Origin: an uncultured Geobacter sp.
Lineage (GTDB): Bacteria; Desulfobacterota; Desulfuromonadia; Geobacterales; CAIOGM01
NCBI GenBank assembly: GCA_903857795.1
Contig: CAIOGM010000128.1
Location: forward strand, 4,857 to 68,856
Direction of reading: 5' to 3'
Length of the DNA stretch: 64,000 nt
Position numbers and translations under genes: made by a program. Positions 1 through 9,731 of this stretch are shown in pieces. The stretch's first letter is position 1. Every line of letters starts with the position of its first letter. The notes under the pieces are model-generated. The model did not search any database, was not told the DNA's origin, and saw only the letters and a list, made by a program, of their open reading frames with translations.

Positions 1-653
1 AACTGATTCAGTTCCGGCAAGGTGTCCAGGTTGCGGCTCTTGAACTCGGCGATCTTCGCATCGGTACCGGCTAACAGCGCCTGAAGAGACTTCATCTCCT
101 CCTCGATGAACCGATTGGTTCCCCGGATCTGCTGTTCACGCACCTTGAGATTCTCATCCAGGTAGAGAGAAGCCAGCACGTTGGTTACCTTCTGGACCAT
201 GGCGGGGTCTCGCCCCTGGTAGGAAAGTGAAAAAGCGATGGTTGCGTTAATTTGCCGACCGGTCCTGTTGTCCATGACCTCGGCGATAACAGTCTCGAAG
301 ATAATGTCCTTGCGCATCTTATCTATGAGCTGCTCGGTGGTCCACTTCTCCGCAAGCTCGGGATAAAGCTTTAATTTATTAATTATTTCGAGGAGCTTGG
401 TGGTGCTCATGATCCGCTGGGTGATGGTCTGGAGCCGCTGTTCGGCATAACTTGTCACGGTGGGCATCACCAGTTCGCGGGGAATGGATTGATCCTCGAT
501 GAGTATCCGGGAACTCGATTTATAACTCCGGGGAAGCATAAGACCGATGAGCGCCGCGGACAGAAATATCCCGACTAACGGGAGGATAAGACTCAGCCTT
601 CTTCTGCGCAGAATCGCCGCGATATCACGACCGTTTCTGATGACAATCTTCAA
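1..653 (-). CDS. polysaccharide chain-length determinant (Wzz/GumC-like, PEP-CTERM-locus type), N-terminal ~217 aa; 3' end lies beyond window start
   Basis: Not in the ORF track because it is truncated. Manual minus-strand translation from TTG at 653 (GGAGG about 8 nt upstream) gives LKIVIRNGRDIAAILRRRRLSLILPLVGIFLSAALIGLMLPRSYKSSSRILIEDQSIP...SYQGRDPAMVQKVTNVLASLYLDENLKVREQQ. This is an N-terminal TM helix followed by a Wzz-like region and a coiled coil. It starts 21 nt downstream of the preceding gene in the EPS operon. Confidence 0.6.
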   Translation of the reverse strand, partial: MKIVIRNGRDIAAILRRRRLSLILPLVGIFLSAALIGLMLPRSYKSSSRILIEDQSIPRELVMPTVTSYAEQRLQTITQRIMSTTKLLEIINKLKLYPELAEKWTTEQLIDKMRKDIIFETVIAEVMDNRTGRQINATIAFSLSYQGRDPAMVQKVTNVLASLYLDENLKVREQQIRGTNRFIEEEMKSLQALLAGTDAKIAEFKSRNLDTLPELNQ

Positions 654-673
654 AATGAAACCTCCGATTTCGG

Positions 674-1951
674 CTAATCAAACAGATTTCGCTTCCAGGT
701 CAATCCCACATACACCATGTTCTGATAGACGTCGGAACTTGGAGCGCCGTAGAAAGTCCGGGTATATGTGTAGCTGACCCCAGCGGTAAGATCCGGGGTC
801 GCGGTATAGCTGACTCCAGGAGAAATGCTGACAATGTCCTCATTGGCGCCCTGAATAGCGGGATTGATCTGCCCGGTGGTTCGTTTCGTGTACCCCGCCG
901 TGAGGGATGTGGACAAAACTTCCGAATACCGGTGGCTCGCCGTCAAATAGACCGCCGTAGTATTGGTTACTGCCGTGCTCCCTGACCCCGGCTCCAGATC
1001 GTGTTTGACGATCAGATCGGCCGATGATCGGTCAGTGTGATAGTTGAGGGCCAGATGAGCGACGAAACCAAGGCCGTCCTTGACTGACGCCGGGCTGAAA
1101 CCGGCGTTTTGGGAAAAAAGTGTGTAGTTCGAGTGGGTATAGCGTCCGCCCGCATCCGCAGACACCCGCCACCGTTCGGAAAAATTATGATTCGCCCCGA
1201 CAGTCAGGTAATAATTGTCCGCCAGGGACTGTTGAGCGGCGGAGTCAAAACTGTATCGAGCCAAACCCGCGGTCAGTGTCGCCTGACTGAGCGAACCATT
1301 TTCAAGTTCATAGGTAAGTCCGATGTTAAAGGCATTGGTGGTATTGGTGCTGACCGTCGGAGGGGAATAATCATAACGGGAATAGTCGTACTGAATGCTG
1401 GAGCCAAGCCGTTCCGAAATAAGCCACCCTCCGGAACCGCCATAAGCCTGTTGGGATAACCGCGCCGGACTGATGAGCACCCCGTTAACCGCCAGAGGGC
1501 GCTCGGGGCTCGGCTGGTCAAGGTAGCTCGCCCTCCCGGATACCCGCGTGGTGGGGCTGGTAAGGAAAGAAAAAGAACCGTTATAGTTCTGGTTTACCGC
1601 ACCGAGATAGCCCTCCTTCCTGACGAAATTGGCCAGACACTCCACCAGGGCGGTCGCCGACGCCTCCAGGCGTTCGGTTTTGACCCCCAACTCGATACCG
1701 GGAATAACCGTTGTCATCGCCGCCCCCTCCATCCGGGGAACATAACGGTAATTGTCGGTGAACTGCTGCCTGAAGGAAAAGGTTGGGACTACCCTCACCT
1801 CTTCGGCTCCGGAACGGGCCGGTGCAGAGGCAAGAAGAGCCACCACCCCTAACATGACAAGCGTCGGGCGAAAGGTCCGCGCAGAGAAAGCAGAGCTCGC
1901 CCATGATCCGGCTCGCACCGCACGGTCACGGGACAACAACCACATCCCCAC
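674..1951 (-). CDS. predicted outer-membrane beta-barrel protein of PEP-CTERM/EPS loci (uncharacterised family)
   Basis: The 425-aa ORF has a signal-like segment (RTFRPTLVMLGVVALLASAPARSGA). The body is rich in alternating Y/T/S/G strands, and the C-terminus is VYVGLTWKRNLFD. It lies between the Wza-like and Wzz-like genes. The exact start is uncertain because the ORF start overlaps the upstream gene by 26 nt. Confidence 0.5.
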   Translation of the reverse strand: MGMWLLSRDRAVRAGSWASSAFSARTFRPTLVMLGVVALLASAPARSGAEEVRVVPTFSFRQQFTDNYRYVPRMEGAAMTTVIPGIELGVKTERLEASATALVECLANFVRKEGYLGAVNQNYNGSFSFLTSPTTRVSGRASYLDQPSPERPLAVNGVLISPARLSQQAYGGSGGWLISERLGSSIQYDYSRYDYSPPTVSTNTTNAFNIGLTYELENGSLSQATLTAGLARYSFDSAAQQSLADNYYLTVGANHNFSERWRVSADAGGRYTHSNYTLFSQNAGFSPASVKDGLGFVAHLALNYHTDRSSADLIVKHDLEPGSGSTAVTNTTAVYLTASHRYSEVLSTSLTAGYTKRTTGQINPAIQGANEDIVSISPGVSYTATPDLTAGVSYTYTRTFYGAPSSDVYQNMVYVGLTWKRNLFD

Positions 1952-2894
1952 GCTTCAGCAGGATATTCTGGCCAGGATTCTCCCCTTCAATCACCTCTGA
2001 ATAACGAAAAGGAAAGGATCTGGTCTCTCCGCCTTCGGTGCGCATCACGGTGATCCGGTCCTTCCTGGCGAAAGGATTCAGCCCTCCGGCGCTGGAAAGG
2101 GCCTGCAGCACGGTCAGATTGCCGTTAAGAATTTGCCTTCCCGGGCCATTGACCCGACCAATCACGTAAATCTGCATACTGTTGATCTGCTTGACCTCCA
2201 CTGACAGCACGAGCTCAGTTACAAACCGGCTAAGTCGCTGTTCCATGTCGGCGCGGAATCCGGCGACCGTCTTGCCCGCGGCCCGCATATCACCGGCCAG
2301 GGGGAACGAAATAGTCCCGTCAGGGAGGACAGTCACACTCCTGGTGAGTGCTTCATCTTTCCAAACCGCTATGTCAAGTACGTCGCCGGCGCCGATGACG
2401 TAAGCTTCTCCCGGAACTGATTCCGCGGCGCCCGGGGGAGATGACTGCGGAGCCGCCGGAACGGAAGCCTGCACATCCATCGCCGACGAAGACGATTTGC
2501 CCGCTGTCGCCGAAGCGGGACCCTGGGCGGTTATCATGAGCCCCTGATCCGGAGCAACCTGCAACATGGCTAGAATCTGGTACTGCGGCGGCGGCGGAAC
2601 GAAATCCGAGGAAACCGGAGCCGCATCGGGGATGGCCCGCGGAACCGGCGCCGCGGCGGGCTTGAGATCGTTCCACATTTCCCACTTCTTATCAGGCTTG
2701 CTCTCCTGCACTTTTGAATCGTGGGGTTCCGGAACGGTCGGCGCCGGCGTCGCCCCCGACTCCGGCGCAACCAGAGCGCCCTGCGGGTCGTTCCACAATC
2801 CCCAAGGAGAAGCCGCTTCCACCGGAAAGACGCGCCCGGCGGAAACAATCACCACAGCGGCCACCAGGGCCACTCTTATAGCTCTAAATTTCAT
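1926..2894 (-). CDS. polysaccharide export protein, Wza/EpsA-like (Poly_export + SLBB)
   Basis: It has a signal peptide (MKFRAIRVALVAAVVIVSAG), a Pro-rich linker, and then YVIGAGDVLDIAVWKDEALTRSVTVLPDGTISFPLAGDMRAAGKT...IYVIGRVNGPGRQIL...LLKRGDVVVVP, which is typical of the Wza periplasmic domains. Confidence 0.8.
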   Translation of the reverse strand: MKFRAIRVALVAAVVIVSAGRVFPVEAASPWGLWNDPQGALVAPESGATPAPTVPEPHDSKVQESKPDKKWEMWNDLKPAAAPVPRAIPDAAPVSSDFVPPPPQYQILAMLQVAPDQGLMITAQGPASATAGKSSSSAMDVQASVPAAPQSSPPGAAESVPGEAYVIGAGDVLDIAVWKDEALTRSVTVLPDGTISFPLAGDMRAAGKTVAGFRADMEQRLSRFVTELVLSVEVKQINSMQIYVIGRVNGPGRQILNGNLTVLQALSSAGGLNPFARKDRITVMRTEGGETRSFPFRYSEVIEGENPGQNILLKRGDVVVVP

Positions 2895-2999
2895 ATCCGT
2901 CGTCTCACTCCTGATTCGCAGCTTTCATGAAATAACTTGATCTTCTACCATTTCAGAATCACAGCGGGATGGAGAACTTGTTGCTGTTATGTGAATTTG

Positions 3000-5393
3000 T
3001 CAACTTATGAGAGCCGACAGTGTTTTTTGCGCCTCATCCCGCCCAGGAAACCCTCCCTTGCCGACCAGTGATTTTTTTAGAGCCACTCGCGCCGGTTCCG
3101 TCTGTCCGGATCGGGAAAGCGCCATCCCCAGATGATAGTTGAGGAGCGCACTGTCGGGCGCCTTGATCTGGGCTTTTTTCAGCAGGTTCAGCGCCATTGC
3201 CGTGTCCCCCTTGCGGAAGAGAACCCACCCGAGGGTATCCAGCACTGCCGGATCTCCAGGACGCAGCGCCAGCGCCCGTTGCGCCGCAACCAGCGCCTTG
3301 TTGAGATTTTCGGGGGTCGCCAGATATTCGGACAGGACAAACGCCAGATCATTAGCCGCAGCCCAGAGGTCGGGCTGTCGCGCCAAGGCCTGCTGATATA
3401 GCTCCGCCGTTCGCGAGAAATTTTTTGACAACAGATTCAACTCCGCCAGATACATATATAAAGAAACAGTGTCAGGATTAGCCTTCAGCGCCTGTTCCAG
3501 CCGGGCCATGGCCAGCTCTTTTTTACCCTGAATTACCAGTATCTTGGCCAGCTCCTGTGCAAACTCCGGACTCTCCGGCCGAACCGCCACAGCCTTCTCC
3601 AGGGCTTCCTGAGCGGCGCCATATTCCTTGCGGGCGATGCGTACCTGGCTGAGGATGAACCAGGCGCCGGCGTCGCGGGGATTAGAGAGTAGCCGTTGTT
3701 CGGCAAGGGCGCTCGCCGCAGGGTAGTTTTTGGCGGAGATATAGAGCCTCGCCAATGAGCCTGCCGCCACATCCGACGCCGGATCGATGACCACGACCTT
3801 TTCCAGTTCCGCAATGACCCTCGCCGGTTTGTGCTCGGCGTTATAGAGGTCGGCAAGCTTCAGGTAGGCCGACTTTGAGGTTGGCGCCATCCGCTTTGCC
3901 GCCTCAAATTCTCCCTCCGCCCGCCGCGGGTCGCCGGTCGCCAGGTAATAGTCACCCAGGGCGAGCCGCGCCTCGACCGTTTCCGGCGCCAATTCAACCC
4001 CCTTGCGCATCAGTTCCAACGCTTTTGCCCTGTCGTTTTGCGCCAGATACAGTTCCGCCAGAGCCCGCCGCACCTCAAGAGTGTCCGGGTCCGCTTTCAG
4101 GGCGCTCTGCAGAACATCCGCAGCCAGATTTTGCTCACCATTCTGGATATGGGCCTGCGCCAGCATGATGACACCTTGAGCAAACCGCGGTTTGTCGGTG
4201 ACCACTGTCCGAAATTCGGAGATAGCGGTTATGAAGTCGCCCTTGGCGAGGGCCAGCCTCCCTTTAAGGAGATGGGCCTCGGTATTTTTGGGGCTTTCTT
4301 TCAATACCTCTTCGGTATAGTCAGAGGCGACATCCTTCCGGTTCCGGCTGAGAGCCAGTTCCGCAAGTGCGATCCGCAGCTTCACGGCGTCAGCTCCTTT
4401 CTTCGCCCCCGCCAGGGACTCCTTCAGGACCTTCTCGGCCCTGTCATAACTGCCCGATACCCGATACATGTCGCCCAGCGCCAGTGATAGTCGTACGTCC
4501 TTGAGGCCCTTGGCGCGAGCTTCCGTGAAGAGTTGTTCCGCCAGGTCATTTCGACCGCGACGGATATAGAAATCAGCCACCAGCAGGCGCGCCTCAACAT
4601 CCCGGTCGTCTGCAATTAACCCGGTGACGACTTCCTTGGCCTGCAGCTCCTTGCCGTTCTCCCACAAGAGCCCCGCCAGATAGATCCGATGATCCCTGAC
4701 TGTCGGTTCGGCCTCCATGGCCTTGCGGGCAAGCGCCGCCGCGTCATCTTTTCTTCCGCTAGTTGCGCAGATATCGGCCAGAGTACGCAGCAACGGGGTT
4801 GACGCGGGATTGACGCCGACTCCTTCCCTGATCACATCCTCGACATTACGGATATCACCCCGATTCCGGTAGGCCAACGCCAGCAGCTGGTAACTCTCGG
4901 GACTCTTGATCGTCTTCCCGACAATCTCATTCAAGAGGGCAATGGCGCGGTCTGTCTCCTTCAACTTTATCAGTGCGGCCCCCTTCAGCACCAGAGCCTC
5001 CGCATTGGCCGGCTCATGTTTGAGGATAACCTCCACCTCTTCCAGCGTCTTATCCGGCGCCTGGAGACCCAGATAGATCCTGCCAAGCTGATAACGGGCC
5101 TTGAAATTGCCGGGCGCCAACCGGACGGCGGTCAGCTGATCTTCATACGCTCCCTTGACATTTCCCCGCTTATCCTCGATCAGTCCGAGCATGTAATAGG
5201 CGTCGGCGAACTTTGGATCGATCTGGATGGCATTTCTGAATTCCAGGTACGCCTTGTCCCGCCGCTCCTGTTCGTAGAGTTTTACCCCCTTGGCGTAGAA
5301 CTTCGCTTTCTTCTGTTCGGGGCTGCCGCAGCCGACCAACAGGAAAAAAACCAGCAACGCCCCTCCCCTACTCATGATGCAACGTGTGTTCAT
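3000..5393 (-). CDS. prsT: TPR-repeat lipoprotein, PEP-CTERM system type (PrsT-like)
   Basis: 797 aa with a lipobox (LLVFFLLVGC|GS), followed by TPR repeats over the whole length (many A..Y..LG...G....A motifs). The size and locus context match the PEP-CTERM-associated TPR lipoprotein. Confidence 0.65.
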   Translation of the reverse strand: MNTRCIMSRGGALLVFFLLVGCGSPEQKKAKFYAKGVKLYEQERRDKAYLEFRNAIQIDPKFADAYYMLGLIEDKRGNVKGAYEDQLTAVRLAPGNFKARYQLGRIYLGLQAPDKTLEEVEVILKHEPANAEALVLKGAALIKLKETDRAIALLNEIVGKTIKSPESYQLLALAYRNRGDIRNVEDVIREGVGVNPASTPLLRTLADICATSGRKDDAAALARKAMEAEPTVRDHRIYLAGLLWENGKELQAKEVVTGLIADDRDVEARLLVADFYIRRGRNDLAEQLFTEARAKGLKDVRLSLALGDMYRVSGSYDRAEKVLKESLAGAKKGADAVKLRIALAELALSRNRKDVASDYTEEVLKESPKNTEAHLLKGRLALAKGDFITAISEFRTVVTDKPRFAQGVIMLAQAHIQNGEQNLAADVLQSALKADPDTLEVRRALAELYLAQNDRAKALELMRKGVELAPETVEARLALGDYYLATGDPRRAEGEFEAAKRMAPTSKSAYLKLADLYNAEHKPARVIAELEKVVVIDPASDVAAGSLARLYISAKNYPAASALAEQRLLSNPRDAGAWFILSQVRIARKEYGAAQEALEKAVAVRPESPEFAQELAKILVIQGKKELAMARLEQALKANPDTVSLYMYLAELNLLSKNFSRTAELYQQALARQPDLWAAANDLAFVLSEYLATPENLNKALVAAQRALALRPGDPAVLDTLGWVLFRKGDTAMALNLLKKAQIKAPDSALLNYHLGMALSRSGQTEPARVALKKSLVGKGGFPGRDEAQKTLSALIS

Positions 5394-5417
5394 GCTGTCT
5401 CCTTCATAATTTAGAGC

Positions 5418-7061
5418 TCAAATCCACCCGGTACCCCGGCCGCCGAAGATCAGCAGCAGCAGCAGCGTGGCGTAGCAGACCACGTCATAGTTACCCCGCA
5501 ATTCGGCCAACAGTACTTCCAGACTGAAATAGAGGATGACGATCTTGGCGGTGACGAGCGCCATCATCCGATCGCCGCTATCCGCGGTAAAGACATATGG
5601 AACCACTATGACCGTGAGGATAATGAGAAAATCAAGGGGTGTGCTCCTGAAGCCACCCTCACGTCGCGACAGCCGGGAAATTATGAACGTAAACAGTGCC
5701 GTGGAGTAGAAGAGCGCGTCATAGCAGCGCTTCAGAGCGCCCGTCATCCAGGAGACACTGCTGGTCTCACCCAGGTACACCGCCAGAGGGATAATAATGT
5801 AGAGTGCAATCCGGATCAGTTCCACCAGGGGCGTCTTACGGATCAGAGACCCGGCCAGGATGAACCCGGTCAGCGCCAGAGCGGCAACTCCCACCGGTTG
5901 CGGAATGAGCGCCGGGGTCACCCCCGCGGAAACGAGGAGCGCGACCACCAGCACCAGAAAGCCGGGCAGTGCATATTCCATGATAATCCCCTGCCGGCGC
6001 AGCTTCCGGAACGGGTCCTCGATCAATTTATCGATCAGGGACGGCCTGACAACCTGCCATCCCGTCCGCTGTGCGCAAGACATGATAACCAGCAACAGCG
6101 CTGAAAACAGCAGATATCCGCCCAGCAGCAGCCAGTCCGAACTGTGCCGGTAACGGTATGCCGCCATCACCATCAGGGTCTGCACCACATACATGAACAG
6201 GACCGATTCGGGGTGACGGAATCCCAGCGCCAGGAGGTTATGATGCAGGTGATTCTTGTCGGGAGAAAATGGGGATCTCCCCTGTATAATCCGGGTGGTC
6301 ATGACGCTGAGAGTGTCCAGAACCGGAAATCCGATTAACACCAGCGGGAGCATCGGACTCAAGTGGGAGACTCCCTGGGTAAGCGCCAGAGAAAAGGTAA
6401 TAGCCGTAAAACCGAGCAGTTGGCTTCCCGTATCCCCCATGAAGATCGATGCCGGAAAGGTGTTATACCGGAGAAATCCGAAGATCGCCCCGATGAACGC
6501 CAGCGTCACCAGGCCGGTTTCCGGGTCGCTCGCCTCATACGCCAGTACCCCCAGACAGCCGAAAATAAGCAGCGAGATTCCGCCGGCCAGACCATCGAGT
6601 CCATCGGCCAGATTGATGGCGTTGGTGACTCCCACGACAGCGATCAGGGTGAGCGGGACAGAGACCAGAGCCGGCAGGGCCATGCCTGCGGGCAGAAGCG
6701 CACCGAGGGAGCGGATCTCGCACTCTCCCCCAAAGATCACTATCACTGCGGCGATGACCTGTCCCGCCATCTTGACCGGTGGCGGCAATCCGACAAGGTC
6801 GTCGATGATTCCAAACAGAACGATGACCGCGGCCCCGGCCAGATACGCCCGAACCGGGGAGGAAGACGCATTCCAGATCAGCAGCGGCGTGAGTACGCCG
6901 ATGGCCATCGCCACTCCACCGACCCGCGGGATAGGCCGGGAATGGACCTTCCTCGCATCGGGCATGTCCAGTGCGTCGTAGCGCACGGCAAGGAAATTGA
7001 ACAGTGGGATCAGGCTCGTCGTAATCAGCATCGAGAACACGAGCACGCCAAGCAGGATCAT
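5418..7061 (-). CDS. glycosyltransferase family 4 (WecA/MraY-like polyprenyl-phosphate sugar-1-phosphate transferase) with ~200-aa extra C-terminal membrane domain
   Basis: The true start is taken as Met112 of the 658-aa ORF (MILLGVLVFSML...). That ATG overlaps the exosortase stop as ATGA. Motifs: DMPDARKVHSRPIPRVGG, IIDDLVGL, NAINLADGLDGLAGG, FMGDTGSQ. Residues ~345-548 form additional TM helices of unknown function. Confidence 0.75.
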   Translation of the reverse strand: MILLGVLVFSMLITTSLIPLFNFLAVRYDALDMPDARKVHSRPIPRVGGVAMAIGVLTPLLIWNASSSPVRAYLAGAAVIVLFGIIDDLVGLPPPVKMAGQVIAAVIVIFGGECEIRSLGALLPAGMALPALVSVPLTLIAVVGVTNAINLADGLDGLAGGISLLIFGCLGVLAYEASDPETGLVTLAFIGAIFGFLRYNTFPASIFMGDTGSQLLGFTAITFSLALTQGVSHLSPMLPLVLIGFPVLDTLSVMTTRIIQGRSPFSPDKNHLHHNLLALGFRHPESVLFMYVVQTLMVMAAYRYRHSSDWLLLGGYLLFSALLLVIMSCAQRTGWQVVRPSLIDKLIEDPFRKLRRQGIIMEYALPGFLVLVVALLVSAGVTPALIPQPVGVAALALTGFILAGSLIRKTPLVELIRIALYIIIPLAVYLGETSSVSWMTGALKRCYDALFYSTALFTFIISRLSRREGGFRSTPLDFLIILTVIVVPYVFTADSGDRMMALVTAKIVILYFSLEVLLAELRGNYDVVCYATLLLLLIFGGRGTGWI

Positions 7062-8608
7062 GTGATGTTTTTCCCGGGGATGAAAATTTCGAGCCGCGGC
7101 GAAAGCTCCTTGATGAAGGCCTTGAGCCGGGCGTCGGCCGTCTCGGTGGAGGTGCCTTCCGCCACCGGCGTGATGATCCGGACCAGTGCGCCATCGGATC
7201 TGTGGCTGATCAAAGAGTCCCAAAAGGTATAGAGCTTGAGTTCGTAGAGATTGGTCAAGGTGCGGCCTCTCTGGGGAAACCAGTAGTAGGCGACCTGTTT
7301 CGTCCCGTTCTTTTCCATGAGCACCCGGGCTACCTGTCGGCTTTCGCCTTTCGCCAGGGGCACGACCACAACTCCGGACTCCTTGAAGCTCCAACCGCCG
7401 CCGGGAAGGCAGGTAGCCGGCGAATGAGAGGATTTCCCCTTTTTCTGACTTGCGGAATACGCAATGTACAGATTAATCCATGCCTGATCGTCAGCTTTAA
7501 AATCGGCCAACAGGTAATCGGAGAGAGCCAGCTCTTCCAGGTACTCCCGTTCCAGCGCCTTGCGTGTGCCGGACCACGGACCCAACTGCAGGGGAAATCT
7601 TGAAAACGGAACCTTCCCCGGTATCTTCTCCTTGAATTCAACCCCCCGCGAGAGAAGAAGTGTCAGCCCCAGCAGGGCCACGGCACAGAGGAGTCGAGCG
7701 ATGCGAGATGATCGCGAAACATGGAGTTCCGCCACGGACGTGGCGACCCGGTCCGAGCCGGCGGTGAAGGTTTCCTGTTTCGACAGCTCCGGGTAAAACC
7801 GGTTAATCAGGCGCAACTCCAGAAATAGAGCGGCGCCGCTGAACATGAAGATGAACCAGCCGGAGAAATCATGAAAGAACCCCTCGGCTACCGCCGGCCC
7901 AAAAAACTGATAGAGAATCCCCACGGAAGCGATCCGCAAGCCATTGGTTACAATGGAAAGCGGTACGGCGGACAACACGACAACAACCTTTTTCGCCGGC
8001 GAACAGCGTGACAGATAGGCCAGCAGCAGCGCCAGGATGAGCAGCGGAAAGAGGTAGCGCAAGCCGCTGCAGGCATCGACCACCTGGAGCCGGGTGAAAC
8101 CCACATCTATGACATTGCCTTCCTGATAGACCGACAACCCGTACAGCCGCATGAGCTCAACCCCGAGGGTCGAAGAGATCAGTTTGAGGCGCAGCGTGAG
8201 GGTATTGTAGAGAAAATGGGGTGGAGGAAACATCGCAAGAGCCAGCGCCAACGGGAACCCGATTACCTTTAACCGCGGCCATCCCATCCGGAGCCAGCAG
8301 AGCCCCACGGCCACCAGCCAGGCCGAGAGATACAGGGTATAGAATTCGCCTGCCAACTCTCCCAACCAGTACAGCAGTATCCCTCCCCCCAGCAGACCAT
8401 AGCCGCCCCATGATGGCCGGATCGGTAGTTCGGAAATTCGCTTCCGCTTCTCCCAGATCAGGTAGAGCACCACCGGGAGGACGAAATAGCCATAGCCGAA
8501 ATCCTCGCGTATCCAATCACGGGTGACGAGCCACGTAGCGGGTGCGGCGTAGAGAGCGGCATACAATGCGCCGAGGACGCCCCACAAGAGTATAGAGATT
8601 CTGTCCAT
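7058..8608 (-). CDS. xrtA: exosortase A-type transpeptidase fused to C-terminal EpsI-family domain
   Basis: Exosortase catalytic motifs are present: VVDACSGLRY (Cys), NGLRIASV (Arg), FHDFSGW (His). After one more TM helix comes an EpsI-like domain with HSPATCLPGGGW. The locus also encodes a PEP-CTERM substrate and a PrsT-like protein. Confidence 0.8.
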   Translation of the reverse strand: MDRISILLWGVLGALYAALYAAPATWLVTRDWIREDFGYGYFVLPVVLYLIWEKRKRISELPIRPSWGGYGLLGGGILLYWLGELAGEFYTLYLSAWLVAVGLCWLRMGWPRLKVIGFPLALALAMFPPPHFLYNTLTLRLKLISSTLGVELMRLYGLSVYQEGNVIDVGFTRLQVVDACSGLRYLFPLLILALLLAYLSRCSPAKKVVVVLSAVPLSIVTNGLRIASVGILYQFFGPAVAEGFFHDFSGWFIFMFSGAALFLELRLINRFYPELSKQETFTAGSDRVATSVAELHVSRSSRIARLLCAVALLGLTLLLSRGVEFKEKIPGKVPFSRFPLQLGPWSGTRKALEREYLEELALSDYLLADFKADDQAWINLYIAYSASQKKGKSSHSPATCLPGGGWSFKESGVVVVPLAKGESRQVARVLMEKNGTKQVAYYWFPQRGRTLTNLYELKLYTFWDSLISHRSDGALVRIITPVAEGTSTETADARLKAFIKELSPRLEIFIPGKNIT

Positions 8609-8756
8609 GTCGGCGAGTCCGTCTGCTTTTAGTCAAAGGCCTGACGCGACATCGCGAAGTCGCGAAGCCGCACGGGAGTTAGGGAGGCTAAATGCCATGG
8701 ATTCAACCACGGAATATATGAGTTCAATGTGGGGATCTGGTTGAAGCTGTGTAAAA

Positions 8757-9569
8757 TTACGTGCGTAACGAAGAATTTCCGCTCTCCGGGTGGCCAACGG
8801 CGGCATGGCGCCCAAATCGTATGCGGAGAAACTCGGCAATAACCATTCCGATGAATATGGGCATGGACTTTACCGTCCGTTCCCAGAGGCGGTTCGGTTC
8901 GTGATAAAACCGGTGAAGCCATTCGAAGCCACACCGCCGCCAGAGTAACGGGGCCCGCTTCTTGGTTCCGGCATAGAAATCAAAAACCGCGCCCACCGCG
9001 CCGATGAACCCGACATCCAGATTCTGCACGTTATCGAAGATCCACTGCTCCTGCTTGGGCGCCGTCATCCCCACCCAGAGCAGATCGGGGCGGGCGGCAT
9101 TGATCGCCGCCATCATCTGCCGGTTGTCTTCTGCGGTGAAGACAGGCTTGAACGGGGGGGAATAGACGCCGCAGACGGTTAGGCCGGGGAATTCGCGCTG
9201 CATTCTCGTCCGGATCGCGTCGAGCACCTCAGGTGTGGAACCGAGGAAAAAGAGCCTGAGTCCGCCCGTTACGGCGGCCCGGTTGTGCAGATTCTGAAAA
9301 ATATCCGAACCGGTAACCCGTTCCGTGACGGGAAGTCCGAGATAAAGAGCAGCTTTTACCAAGCCAATGCCATCGGGGATCAGGAACGTCGCACCCTCCA
9401 GCGCCTTCCGGAATCGGGGATTCTTGCGGGCGACGATGAGGGAATGGGGATTGGCGCAGGCCAGATAGCGCCGCTTTTCGCCGGCCCGAATCATGTTCAG
9501 GATTCGAGCGGCGCACTCTGTGCCGCCTTCGGAAATGATGCTGTAGCCAAAGAGCTGTTGAGTCTTCAT
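8757..9569 (-). CDS. WecB/TagA/CpsF family glycosyltransferase (GT26)
   Basis: 270 aa. Motifs CANPHSLIVARKNPRF, LIPDGIGLV, FFLGSTPEVL and LLWVGMTAPKQEQW are typical of GT26. Confidence 0.75.
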   Translation of the reverse strand: MKTQQLFGYSIISEGGTECAARILNMIRAGEKRRYLACANPHSLIVARKNPRFRKALEGATFLIPDGIGLVKAALYLGLPVTERVTGSDIFQNLHNRAAVTGGLRLFFLGSTPEVLDAIRTRMQREFPGLTVCGVYSPPFKPVFTAEDNRQMMAAINAARPDLLWVGMTAPKQEQWIFDNVQNLDVGFIGAVGAVFDFYAGTKKRAPLLWRRCGFEWLHRFYHEPNRLWERTVKSMPIFIGMVIAEFLRIRFGRHAAVGHPESGNSSLRT

Positions 9570-9679
9570 GGCGCCCTCGAAACACGTGGATGGATGCTGC
9601 CGGTCGCCGCTCTTGTCATTCCTTCGACTTGCTCAAGAACCGTACCCTTCGACTTCGCCCGGGGAACGGGGTTGCCCAG

Positions 9680-9710
9680 AAAAGGAGGGAGGGCCATTAC
9701 GGCCCTCCCG
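9680..9710 (-). terminator. rho-independent terminator downstream of the Cys-rich PBP-like gene
   Basis: The minus strand reads GGGAGGGCC-GTAAT-GGCCCTCCC followed by TCCTTTTC. This is a 9-bp GC stem, a 5-nt loop and a U-rich tail, 22 nt after the stop at 9732. Confidence 0.7.
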
Positions 9711-9731
9711 ATTCAGCAATTCAAGCAGGAA

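Noticed and set aside
7062-7394. 111-codon N-terminal extension of the WecA-like ORF (track start 7394)
   Set aside because: The extension overlaps the exosortase C-terminal EpsI domain in another frame and is Arg/Gly/His-rich nonsense. Met112 gives a normal GT4 N-terminus and an ATGA junction with xrtA.
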